DNA from: Candidatus Collierbacteria bacterium
GTDB taxonomy: Bacteria; Patescibacteriota; Microgenomatia; UBA1400; MFAQ01
Length of the DNA stretch: 64,000 nucleotides
NCBI GenBank assembly: GCA_903886255.1
Contig: CAISLM010000072.1
Coordinates: forward strand, 18,648 to 82,647
Reading direction: 5' to 3'
Every line of letters begins with the position of its first letter. Position 1 is the stretch's first letter. Shown here piece by piece: positions 47,274-56,036 of the stretch. The position numbers were made by a program, and so were the translations under genes. The notes beneath the pieces were generated by a model. That model saw only the letters and a program-made list of their open reading frames with translations, did not search any database and was not told the DNA's origin.

Positions 47274-48143
47274 TTAATAATTAACCGGCCCTAGAGGAAT
47301 TTTATTCTCCGGGTCGTCGACAAATAACATAAGAATGAGGCCTTTTTTGGGTCCCTTATTAAGATCTAAGGCTTGCATGGTTTCCGGTGATCCACCAAAC
47401 TGTTTTCCGGTCCATTCTGCTGGACCTGCATCACCCACATCACAAACGACTGCCTGACCATTGACAGGATTTATGACGAGCATTTTCCTAAAAGCATACC
47501 AATCTTTGAGCTGACGATAATCTTTGTTCCAATTTTCTAAATATAATGTCTGGACAACACAATAGTATTTTTCTTTTAAATAGGTGCTCGTAGAAAAGTC
47601 TTGTTGATCCTTTGCAAAATATCCAAAAGCGCCTATGCCGGGCGCCATTCCAGCTTCTTGCAATTCGTCATGTCCGCTAAGACTATCTCCAGGGAAACGT
47701 TGTAAGTGTTGTTCGAAACCGATGTAACCAACAGTATGATTAAGTGAGTTACCATCCAGGACTGCTTTTACGGGAATATTTGTATTTTCAGAAATAAGAC
47801 TTTCTATTTTCGACGCTTGATCGTCTGAAAGTTTGGCGGGTTGATGAGGAATCAACTCTTGAAGGTTCCCAAGTATTTTTTGTCGACTGGAAAGAACTGA
47901 TTGTGCAGGCTGAGAGACTTCGGTCGGTACTGAAGCAATCTGAGTCATGGGCATAACTAAGAGACTCCCGATTAATCCAGCGCCGGCAAGCAAACGGCCC
48001 GATTTCTGACGAAGGTCATATGCCAGTAAAGTAGTTTTTTTGAAAAACTGTTTAGCTGCGGGGTATCTGCGAATTTTTTTACGCAGTGAGTTTGATCTTC
48101 TTTCCAGTTTTGCGATTGAATTCTGAAGATTGTTTTCCGGCAT
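47274..48143 (-). CDS. Hypothetical membrane-anchored protein, possible RlpA-like C-terminal domain
   Basis: TM helix; LVINPVNGQAVVCDVGDAGP motif. Confidence 0.65.
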   Translation of the reverse strand: MPENNLQNSIAKLERRSNSLRKKIRRYPAAKQFFKKTTLLAYDLRQKSGRLLAGAGLIGSLLVMPMTQIASVPTEVSQPAQSVLSSRQKILGNLQELIPHQPAKLSDDQASKIESLISENTNIPVKAVLDGNSLNHTVGYIGFEQHLQRFPGDSLSGHDELQEAGMAPGIGAFGYFAKDQQDFSTSTYLKEKYYCVVQTLYLENWNKDYRQLKDWYAFRKMLVINPVNGQAVVCDVGDAGPAEWTGKQFGGSPETMQALDLNKGPKKGLILMLFVDDPENKIPLGPVNY

Positions 48144-48146
48144 AGT

Positions 48147-49574
48147 TTAGTCAAAAACAGAACTTATTCGTTTTAGGGTTTCCTCTTTCCCTAAAATTAC
48201 AAAGCAGTCGAATAAGGGCGGGGTGACCGGACGACCAGATATGGCAACGCGTAGAGACATAAAAGCTTCTTTTGGAGAAAACCCAGAATCTTTTTGGGTG
48301 GCAGCGAATTCTTCGTGAAGTTTTTCAGCCGTGTATTCATGGGAATTATTGATAACAGAAATAGCCGAATCAAACCATTTTTTTGTTTCTTCTTCAGTGT
48401 GGGCAGATTGTTCAAGAACCATTTGTTTTTCAATATTAGGTGTTGAGAAAAAGTATTCGGCAGCGGGGGAAAAATCTTTGAGAGTAAACATTCTCTCTTT
48501 GACTATGTTGATGATAGACAAAAGTTTGTCTTTTTCCAGCAGCCAGTTTTCCGGAATAAATCTCTTTAATCTATTAAAGAGATCTTCAGAGTCTAGTTTT
48601 TTAATCCACTGGGAATTCAAATAATTTAATTTTTGAATATCAAAAATTGCATTTTGTCTTTGAATTTTTTTCTCGTCAAATACTTGGATCATTTCATCAA
48701 GAGTAAGAAGATCGGAGTTGTCTTTGTATGAAAAGCCTAAATAAAAGAGAAAATTATCTATTGCTTCCGGTAAGTATCCATCATCAGCATATTCAAGGAC
48801 TGATTTAGCACCATGGCGTTTTGAAAGCTTGCTTTTATCGGGCCCGAGTAACAATGGAACGTGGGCCAGTATTGGTGGCTCCCACCCTAAGGATTCATAT
48901 AGAAACAAATGAATTGGAGTAGACATCATCCACTCAACGCCACGCAGGACGTGGCTTATTTTCATTAGGTGGTCATCAACAACAACGGCGAGGTGATAGG
49001 TGGGAATTCCATTGGTTTTCATCAGCACCTTATCATCACATTCTGCATTGGGTAGGCTAAGCTTCCCCTGGACAAGATCGTGCCAGGTTGTAAAACCTGT
49101 TTCAGGGAGTTTGGCGCGAATAACAAATGGCGCACCGGAATCCATATTTTGTCTTATTTCTTCGGTGGAAAGGTGGCGACAATGACGATCGTATTTGGCA
49201 TATTGATCTTTTTCGTGAAGTTGTTTTAATCTTTCTTCAGAACAGAAACAGTAATAGGCAGCCCCTATATTAACCAGCTCCTCCGCATATTCTTTATATA
49301 GATTAAGCCGTTCCGTTTGAACGTATGGCCCAAAAGGGCCTCCGACGATGGGATCCTCGTCAGGTTTCATCATCAAGAATTCCTGAATCCGATAAATTTT
49401 TTCGACGGCTTCAGGGACTAACCGGTCTTGATCTGTATCTTCGATGCGTAAAATAAACTCGCCTTGGTATTTTTTGGCAAGTAAATAATCATAGAGGGCC
49501 GTTCTAGTATTTCCAATATGAGGAACTCCAGTGGGTGATGGGGCAATTCTGGTTCTCACGTGCGTATCGGACAT
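48147..49574 (-). CDS. gltX: Glutamyl-tRNA synthetase
   Basis: APSPTGVPHIGN, LRIEDTD, KLSKR. Confidence 0.96.
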   Translation of the reverse strand: MSDTHVRTRIAPSPTGVPHIGNTRTALYDYLLAKKYQGEFILRIEDTDQDRLVPEAVEKIYRIQEFLMMKPDEDPIVGGPFGPYVQTERLNLYKEYAEELVNIGAAYYCFCSEERLKQLHEKDQYAKYDRHCRHLSTEEIRQNMDSGAPFVIRAKLPETGFTTWHDLVQGKLSLPNAECDDKVLMKTNGIPTYHLAVVVDDHLMKISHVLRGVEWMMSTPIHLFLYESLGWEPPILAHVPLLLGPDKSKLSKRHGAKSVLEYADDGYLPEAIDNFLFYLGFSYKDNSDLLTLDEMIQVFDEKKIQRQNAIFDIQKLNYLNSQWIKKLDSEDLFNRLKRFIPENWLLEKDKLLSIINIVKERMFTLKDFSPAAEYFFSTPNIEKQMVLEQSAHTEEETKKWFDSAISVINNSHEYTAEKLHEEFAATQKDSGFSPKEAFMSLRVAISGRPVTPPLFDCFVILGKEETLKRISSVFD

Positions 49575-49599
49575 AGTGATAGTATACTTTATTTAGCTT

Positions 49600-50682
49600 A
49601 TGGCGACATTAACGGAGGCATCGGTTACAGCACGAAAAGTAATCAAGTTTGGTTTAATTGGTTTTGTAGGAATCACTATCCTTTGGTATTTAGGATCAGC
49701 TGCTATCAAATTGTATATATCGCTCAATCCCCCTCCGCTCCCGGCACCAACAATGGATTTTGGTTTACTGCCTAAAATTACTTTTCCGGAAAGCACAAAT
49801 AGACCACAATTGAGTCTAGAGCTGCCAACCGGAAATATTCCTACGTTTGTGGATAGAATGAGGATTTATTCACAGCCGATTAAAAAAAGTTCATTTACCG
49901 ATTCGGCAAATGCAATCGAAATAGCAGCGGCACTAGGATTTCTTTTTAAGCCTGATCAAAAAACAGATGCAAATTATGTTTGGACGAATCAGGATCAATT
50001 GAATTCTAAGCTGGATATGAACATTGTGAATACCCACTTCACTTTAACAAGACAGTGGCAAAATAATCCTGCCCTTGCGGCCATGGCAGCATTTTCATCC
50101 GACAAAGCGGTAATTTTGGATACGGAAAATTATTTGTCTAAGGTAGGGCTATTGAATCCGGACGTGGTTGGCGTGGAAAAGATTTCTTATTTAAAAGATG
50201 ATGCGGGTAAACTCACTAACGCTTTGTCTTTATCAGACGCCGACTTTGTTCAGCTAGACCTATTTAGAAAAAATATTGACGAGATTGATCCAAACAGTAA
50301 GACTAAAGAAGTGTTGGCCAGTTATCCATTTTATAGAAGTAACCCAAATATGGGTCTAATTCGAGTGGTTGTCTCCGGATCAGAAAGTTTGAGTGATAAG
50401 GTTATTCAATTAAACTATGGATATAACAATATCGACTACACAAAAAGCGGAATATATCCAATTAAGACAGGCGCTGATGCTTGGAGTGAGCTAGAAAAAG
50501 GTGGGGGTTATGTATTTCCCGGAGATTCAACTACTACACAAGTAAAAATAAGAAGAATATTTTTGGGTTACTATGATGCTGACATTAGCACCGGATATGC
50601 AATGCCAATTTATATTTTCCTGGGAGACCAAGGATTTACAGCTTACGTTTCTGCGGTTGTAAACCAAGATATTGCAAAATAA
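49600..50682 (+). CDS. Conserved hypothetical exported protein
   Basis: N-terminal TM followed by a Pro-rich segment; C-terminal LGYYD..PIYIF. Confidence 0.75.
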   Translation: MATLTEASVTARKVIKFGLIGFVGITILWYLGSAAIKLYISLNPPPLPAPTMDFGLLPKITFPESTNRPQLSLELPTGNIPTFVDRMRIYSQPIKKSSFTDSANAIEIAAALGFLFKPDQKTDANYVWTNQDQLNSKLDMNIVNTHFTLTRQWQNNPALAAMAAFSSDKAVILDTENYLSKVGLLNPDVVGVEKISYLKDDAGKLTNALSLSDADFVQLDLFRKNIDEIDPNSKTKEVLASYPFYRSNPNMGLIRVVVSGSESLSDKVIQLNYGYNNIDYTKSGIYPIKTGADAWSELEKGGGYVFPGDSTTTQVKIRRIFLGYYDADISTGYAMPIYIFLGDQGFTAYVSAVVNQDIAK

Positions 50683-50691
50683 AACTTAGGT

Positions 50692-51615
50692 TTATTCCCA
50701 AGAAAAGTTAGCAAAAATCCAATTGATTAAGGACTGGCCTTCGCCAAAACGATCCTTGCTGTTTAATAGGCTTATCAATACGGAATGTTTGTCTTTTTCA
50801 ACCAAGATAACTAAACACTCTCCGGCTTCCGGGGTCCAGCCCGTTTTGACTCCAAACACGCCAGGTTCGCCTAGGAGAATATTGGTTGATTCAAGAGGAT
50901 ACTCATTTCCTTTCAGACTTTTTAGGGTTATTTTTTGAGTAGATACAATCGAAGCGAATTCTGGACGATTGAGGGCGGCTTTTGCCAACATGGCGATATC
51001 ATAAGCGCTAGTGTAATGGTCCGGGCTTTCTACACCGGATACGTTTACAAAATGAGTATTTTGAAGACCCATTTCTACAGCCTTTGCGTTCATTTTGGCA
51101 ACAAATGCCTGGTATCCACCGGGGTAATTTTCTGCAAGGGTTACGGCCGCATCATTTCCTGAAGGAACAAGAAGGCCATACAACACGTCGTTTGCTATCA
51201 GTTGATCACCCTTTTTAAGATTAATCGAGCTTCCTTCGGCGTTTTGTCCGTTTATCACGGACAATACGGAATCTTGGTCGAAGTAGTCCATGGCAACAAG
51301 AGCAGTGGCGATTTTGGTTAGGGATGCCGGTTTTAATCTAGTGTTGGCGTTTTTTTCGTAGAGAACAATTCCCGTATCAAGATCGGTTATAAAAATTCCT
51401 GTTGCGGTTAGGTCAGGAACAGAAATATTTTTGGAAACAGGCATAGCCGGCTCGCTGACAAAGGCTGCTTTAACGGCTGGTTTTTTTAGCGATGAAGGTG
51501 TTTCAATGACAGGGAAAAAAATGAAAAATAAAGATAAGCAAAATAATGATGCTATTTCAATAGGCAAACGAAAATTGTATTTTTTTGATTTATTTGACTT
51601 TTTCATCGAACTCAT
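50692..51615 (-). CDS. D-Ala-D-Ala carboxypeptidase (peptidase S11)
   Basis: PASLTK (SxxK), PSGND (SxN), GVKTG (KTG). Start approximate. Confidence 0.92.
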   Translation of the reverse strand: MSSMKKSNKSKKYNFRLPIEIASLFCLSLFFIFFPVIETPSSLKKPAVKAAFVSEPAMPVSKNISVPDLTATGIFITDLDTGIVLYEKNANTRLKPASLTKIATALVAMDYFDQDSVLSVINGQNAEGSSINLKKGDQLIANDVLYGLLVPSGNDAAVTLAENYPGGYQAFVAKMNAKAVEMGLQNTHFVNVSGVESPDHYTSAYDIAMLAKAALNRPEFASIVSTQKITLKSLKGNEYPLESTNILLGEPGVFGVKTGWTPEAGECLVILVEKDKHSVLISLLNSKDRFGEGQSLINWIFANFSWE

Positions 51616-51625
51616 CCATTTTATA

Positions 51626-53116
51626 CTAGACTTGATCAGAGATGACTTTTCGAATTTTTCCCTTTGCAACTTGAGTTTTAACAAAGCGAAGCCAATTTTT
51701 GTTTGGTTTCTTAATAGTTTTTGACTTTTGAACCTCAACAATATCTCCGCTTTTTAACTCGTGGTCTAGAGGGGCGATACGGCCATTAACTTTTACCGTC
51801 TGAATATAATAACCTAAATCGGAATGAACTCTAAAGGCATAATCTACCGGGGTGGAGTTTTCCGGAAGATCATAAACATCTCCATTGGGAGAGAATACAT
51901 AGATGTGTTTCGATAGAGCGTCAAGCTTGTAGTCTTCGATATCATCACTGGCCGTGCTTACTTGATTTTGCCATCCGGCCAATTGTTTTACCCAGGACAT
52001 TTTATCGGTAATTTTGAAAGCCGTGCCCTCCTGTAATTTTTTGTCAGAGGCCCCATGACTTTTGGCGTCGGCATAGGCAAAGTGGGCGGCCGCACCAAAT
52101 TCTGCATTTAGATGCATTTCCTCAGAACGAATTTGAATTTCAACTATATTCCCCATGTTGTCAAAAATCTTGGTATGAATTGATTGATATCCATTAGGTT
52201 TCGGCTGGGCGATAAAGTCCGAAATACCAATGTTAGGAACCGGCTTCCAATATTGATGCACAACTCCAAGAGCAGAATAACAGCTCGAGGTGTCTTCCGT
52301 GATAACTCTGACGGCCATCAAATCATAAATTTTGGTAATGTCGCGATTGTTCTCAGGGCGAAGTAACTTTTTGTATAAACTATATTTTCGTTTTGGTCGG
52401 CCTTCTACTTTTGCATTTACACCATGCTTGACTAATTGCTGACGGAGCTTATTCATAATTCCGGAAACATTTTTTTCGGAATATTTAAAATGCGGTTTGG
52501 CAATCTCTTGAAGCCATGTATATTCTTCCGGATAAATATAGGGAAAGGAAAGATCCTCTAACTCACCCTTTAGCCGGCCCATTCCCAAGCGTTCTGCAAG
52601 GGGAGCATAAACCTCAAGAGTTTCGATGGCAATCCGTTTTTGCTTGGCAATTGGTACGGCATCGAGTGTAGAAATATTATGTAATCTATCAGCAAGGCGA
52701 ATCAGAACAACTCTAATGTCTTGGGCCATAGCTACAAACATTTTTCTTAGATTTTCCAGGAATTCGACGTCTTGGCTACCTCTTAATTTGACCTTTCCAA
52801 CACGATTAACCCCTTCAACGAGGCCAGAGACTTCTTCACCAAAAGTTGACGAAATTTCCTCAATCGGAACATTTGCCATCTCCGGCAAGTCATGGAGGAG
52901 AGCTGCTTCAAGACTGGGCTGGTCGAGACCCCAGCCAGCGAGGATTGAAGCGACTGATAAAGGGTGGCAAATATAGTTTTCTCCGGTTTGACGAACCTGG
53001 CCGTTGTGTTTTTTCTTCGCAAAAAGATAGACCTTTTTCAATCTGTTTTCGTCAAGCCCGGGTCTTTTAGCTTTAGCTTGCGCCAGAAAATCCTGGTAGC
53101 TTATTTCCATAGGCAT
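51626..53116 (-). CDS. RelA/SpoT homolog (HD-synthetase-TGS, no ACT domain)
   Basis: LLHD, ADRLHN, YAPLAERLG, PKPNGYQSIHT, EIQIRS, TPVDYAF. Confidence 0.93.
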   Translation of the reverse strand: MPMEISYQDFLAQAKAKRPGLDENRLKKVYLFAKKKHNGQVRQTGENYICHPLSVASILAGWGLDQPSLEAALLHDLPEMANVPIEEISSTFGEEVSGLVEGVNRVGKVKLRGSQDVEFLENLRKMFVAMAQDIRVVLIRLADRLHNISTLDAVPIAKQKRIAIETLEVYAPLAERLGMGRLKGELEDLSFPYIYPEEYTWLQEIAKPHFKYSEKNVSGIMNKLRQQLVKHGVNAKVEGRPKRKYSLYKKLLRPENNRDITKIYDLMAVRVITEDTSSCYSALGVVHQYWKPVPNIGISDFIAQPKPNGYQSIHTKIFDNMGNIVEIQIRSEEMHLNAEFGAAAHFAYADAKSHGASDKKLQEGTAFKITDKMSWVKQLAGWQNQVSTASDDIEDYKLDALSKHIYVFSPNGDVYDLPENSTPVDYAFRVHSDLGYYIQTVKVNGRIAPLDHELKSGDIVEVQKSKTIKKPNKNWLRFVKTQVAKGKIRKVISDQV

Positions 53117-53149
53117 ATTTTACATTGTTCACCATGATAAGATTGGTCG

Positions 53150-54622
53150 GTGTATAGACGTTTTTTATTACCGGATGAAATTTCACTAATCCCCGGGGAA
53201 CTAAAACAAGTAATAAGTGATTATAACGCTAGTGGTTTTGAGATCTACCTAGTGGGTGGAGGGGTTAGAAATATCCTGATGGATAAAATCCCGGAAAATT
53301 GTGATTTGACCACAAATGCGACGCCTGAACAAAGTTTGAAAGTTTTAGAAAAATATGATCCGTTTTACAATAATGATTTTGGGACTGTATCTTACGAAGT
53401 AGAAGTCGGTGGAAAAAAAGAGCTGTACGAGATCACAACTTACAGGTCTGAGAAAGAATATTCCGATTATAGGCGACCTGACAATGTAAGCTGGGGTAAA
53501 ACTCTTGAGGAGGACGTAACAAGACGAGATTTCACAGTAAACGCCATGGTGATTGGGCAGACAGACGATAAATTTGAACTTATTGACTTGGTGGGAGGAT
53601 TAGAAGATTTTGAGAAGGGATTGATTAAGGCCGTAGGAGACCCGGAGAGACGTTTTGGAGAGGACGCGTTGAGAATGATGAGAGCAATCAGATTTGCATC
53701 AAGACTGGGGTTTGCTATAGAAAAAGATACTTTGACCGCAATTACAGAAAAGGCTCCCCTACTTAGCAAAATTAGTAAAGAAAGAGTCCGCGATGAGCTA
53801 TTAAAGATAATCGGCTCGAATTATCCGACAGATGGAGTTCAACTTTTAATTTCCACCGGGTTAATGGAGCAAATAATGCCCGAGGTGTTGGAAGCTCGCG
53901 GAGTAATGCAGGGAGGCCACCATACACTAACTGTCTTAGATCATATGATTGAGGCACTTCGAAATTGTTCGTCTCCTGACCCAATCGTACGTTTTGCAAC
54001 ATTCATTCACGATATCGGAAAACCAAGGAGTCAGCGATATAAATGCAGGAAATGCGGAAGAATGTTTAGAGATTTGGATGAAGATGTGACGACTTGTGCC
54101 AATTGCGGTTTTCAACAACCGACAAGAGGAATGATTACTTTTTATGGTCATGAAGTGATTGGTGCCAGAATGGCAAAAGAGATTTGTGAGAGATTAAGAT
54201 TTACCAATAAGCAAACTGAAAAAGTCGTAACTTTGGTGAGGATGCACATGTTTGCCTATCAGCCGGAAATGACTGATGCCGCTATACGGAGAATCATAAG
54301 AAAAGTGGGGAAAGAAAATATTGCCGATATGGTACTGCTTAGAATTGCGGACCGAAAAGGAAGTGGCAGCAAAACTACCAGCTGGAGATTTATGGAACTA
54401 CAGAAAAGGATTGGCGAGCAGTTATTTGAACCAATGGAAATAAATGATATGGTAATAGACGGCCGTGATGTTATGGAAGTATTGAAAGTGTCGCCAGGAC
54501 CAATCATCGGTAAGGTGTTGAAAGAATTATTTGATGAAGTATTGGAAGATACCAGTAAAAATAACCGAGAATATCTACTTTCACGAATTAAAGAACTGGC
54601 AGAAAAAAGCCCTGTTAATTAA
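53150..54622 (+). CDS. cca: Class II tRNA nucleotidyltransferase (CCA-adding) with HD domain
   Basis: VGGGVRN, EITTYR, RRDFTVNAM, EDALRMMRAIRF, HDIGKP, FYGHE. Confidence 0.9.
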   Translation: MYRRFLLPDEISLIPGELKQVISDYNASGFEIYLVGGGVRNILMDKIPENCDLTTNATPEQSLKVLEKYDPFYNNDFGTVSYEVEVGGKKELYEITTYRSEKEYSDYRRPDNVSWGKTLEEDVTRRDFTVNAMVIGQTDDKFELIDLVGGLEDFEKGLIKAVGDPERRFGEDALRMMRAIRFASRLGFAIEKDTLTAITEKAPLLSKISKERVRDELLKIIGSNYPTDGVQLLISTGLMEQIMPEVLEARGVMQGGHHTLTVLDHMIEALRNCSSPDPIVRFATFIHDIGKPRSQRYKCRKCGRMFRDLDEDVTTCANCGFQQPTRGMITFYGHEVIGARMAKEICERLRFTNKQTEKVVTLVRMHMFAYQPEMTDAAIRRIIRKVGKENIADMVLLRIADRKGSGSKTTSWRFMELQKRIGEQLFEPMEINDMVIDGRDVMEVLKVSPGPIIGKVLKELFDEVLEDTSKNNREYLLSRIKELAEKSPVN

Positions 54623-54629
54623 CAGGGCT
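54603..54629. terminator. Intrinsic terminator between convergent genes
   Basis: A-tract followed by AGCCCTGTT-aatt-AACAGGGCT. Confidence 0.7.
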
Positions 54630-54636
54630 GGGTATT

Positions 54637-54990
54637 TCAAAAGTCTGATCCGCCAAAGGATGGGGTAATATATGTGCCGACGAGTTTGATACCACAATGG
54701 GGGCAGCGATCAGGATGTCCCTGCAGAATTCCAACACAATTTCCACAGCTATTGAAACCAAAATCACCTCCGTCTGTGACAGTAATATCAACTGTCGCAG
54801 TTTTTTCCGTTTCTGAGCTAATTGTTCCTTCGAGTTTGACGCCACAAAAGGGACAGATTTTATCAAGAATTGTTATTTCCGCCAAACAATTTTCACAGGT
54901 TTCATATGCAAAACCATTTTTCCAAGGGTGAATTACAATGCGTGCGGTTTTGTTCGGATCTTTCGGTGCCGTTGTGAGATCATCAGACAT
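54637..54990 (-). CDS. Double zinc-ribbon orphan protein
   Basis: CENC..CPFCG and CGNC..CPHCG; AAGGAG SD. Confidence 0.72.
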   Translation of the reverse strand: MSDDLTTAPKDPNKTARIVIHPWKNGFAYETCENCLAEITILDKICPFCGVKLEGTISSETEKTATVDITVTDGGDFGFNSCGNCVGILQGHPDRCPHCGIKLVGTYITPSFGGSDF

Positions 54991-55050
54991 TAAGTATCTC
55001 CTTCGAAATGAAATGTGCCAACTTGTTTTTGAATTGTAGCAGAAATATTA

Positions 55051-55087
55051 TCTGGATTGCCACAGCACTTCGTGCTTCGCAATGACG
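55051..55087. repeat. REP-like palindromic repeat, family 1, copy B
   Basis: TCTGGATTGCCACAGCACTTCGTGCTTCGCAATGACG. Confidence 0.8.
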
Positions 55088-55104
55088 AATGTGGAATTAT
55101 TGTA

Positions 55105-55127
55105 ATTCCAAGTCAAGCCCGGAATGA
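55105..55127. repeat. Degenerate REP-like repeat, family 2
   Basis: ATTCCAAGTCAAGCCCGGAATGA versus ATTCCGGGTCAAGCCCGGAATGA at 63518-63540. Confidence 0.65.
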
Positions 55128-55178
55128 GATAAATGAGGATGCTTTGATTCGAGTAAGAATCTCAAGATAACGGAATAC

Positions 55179-56036
55179 TTATTTTTTCTTGCCTATGTAT
55201 TTGTTCCAGAGAACCAAAAGAGGTGTAGCTGTAAAAGTGGATGAATATGTTCCTGTGATTGTACCAATGAGAAGAGCAAGAGCAAAATATTTGGTGGTTT
55301 CTCCGCCCATGAGGAACATGGCCAAAAGCATGAATATAACGGCCAAGGAGTTGTTTAGGGATCTAGCCATGGTTTCCGTAACAGCGCGATTGGCGAGTGA
55401 TTCAAAATCTATATTTTTAGTTTTATGCGAAAGTTCACGAATTCTATCAAAGACGACGATTGTATCGTGGACAGAATAAGAAAGCATTGTCAAGACTGCA
55501 GTAACAAATAACAGATCAACTTCTACTCCTGCAAAATGCCCCAAAAGAGAAAATGAGCCAAGGACTACAAGGGTATCATGAAGAGCGGCAACCACGGCGC
55601 AGACTCCGAACTTTAACTGCTTAAAGGCGTAACTAATGTATAGGATTAAGGCAGCACTAACTAACATAAGAGCATTGAGTGTTTTTCTAATAGTTTCGGC
55701 ACCAAGTGCTGGCCCAATTGTCTCGAAATCAGTTGTAGTTATTTTTGGATTAGCTTTTTTTAAGTCTCCAATGATCTTGGTAACTTCTTCTTGGGTGATC
55801 GCCTTCATTTTTAAAGTAAGAGTGTCTTTACTACTGTCGGAAATAATGGGTGAGTAATCTCTGAACGATCCGGCGATCGATTTTGGATCCTGGGTTAATT
55901 GGGTAACTGTGAGCTGTGAACCGCCAGTAAATTCAATAGATAAACGCAAACCCCATCTAACTAGAGAAAAAATTCCCGGAACAATAACCAAGGCCGAAAG
56001 TAAAAAGTAGAGAGACATGTGCTTCATCCAGTTCAT
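55179..56036 (-). CDS. secF: Protein translocase subunit SecF
   Basis: IEFTGG, ALHD, YSVHDTIVVFDRIRE, GTYSS. Confidence 0.95.
   Translation of the reverse strand: MNWMKHMSLYFLLSALVIVPGIFSLVRWGLRLSIEFTGGSQLTVTQLTQDPKSIAGSFRDYSPIISDSSKDTLTLKMKAITQEEVTKIIGDLKKANPKITTTDFETIGPALGAETIRKTLNALMLVSAALILYISYAFKQLKFGVCAVVAALHDTLVVLGSFSLLGHFAGVEVDLLFVTAVLTMLSYSVHDTIVVFDRIRELSHKTKNIDFESLANRAVTETMARSLNNSLAVIFMLLAMFLMGGETTKYFALALLIGTITGTYSSTFTATPLLVLWNKYIGKKK

Noticed and set aside
53051-53062. GTCAAGCCCGG in the RelA/SpoT gene resembling the family-2 REP
   Set aside because: Only 11 nt match, the palindromic arms are absent, and there is no length anomaly.
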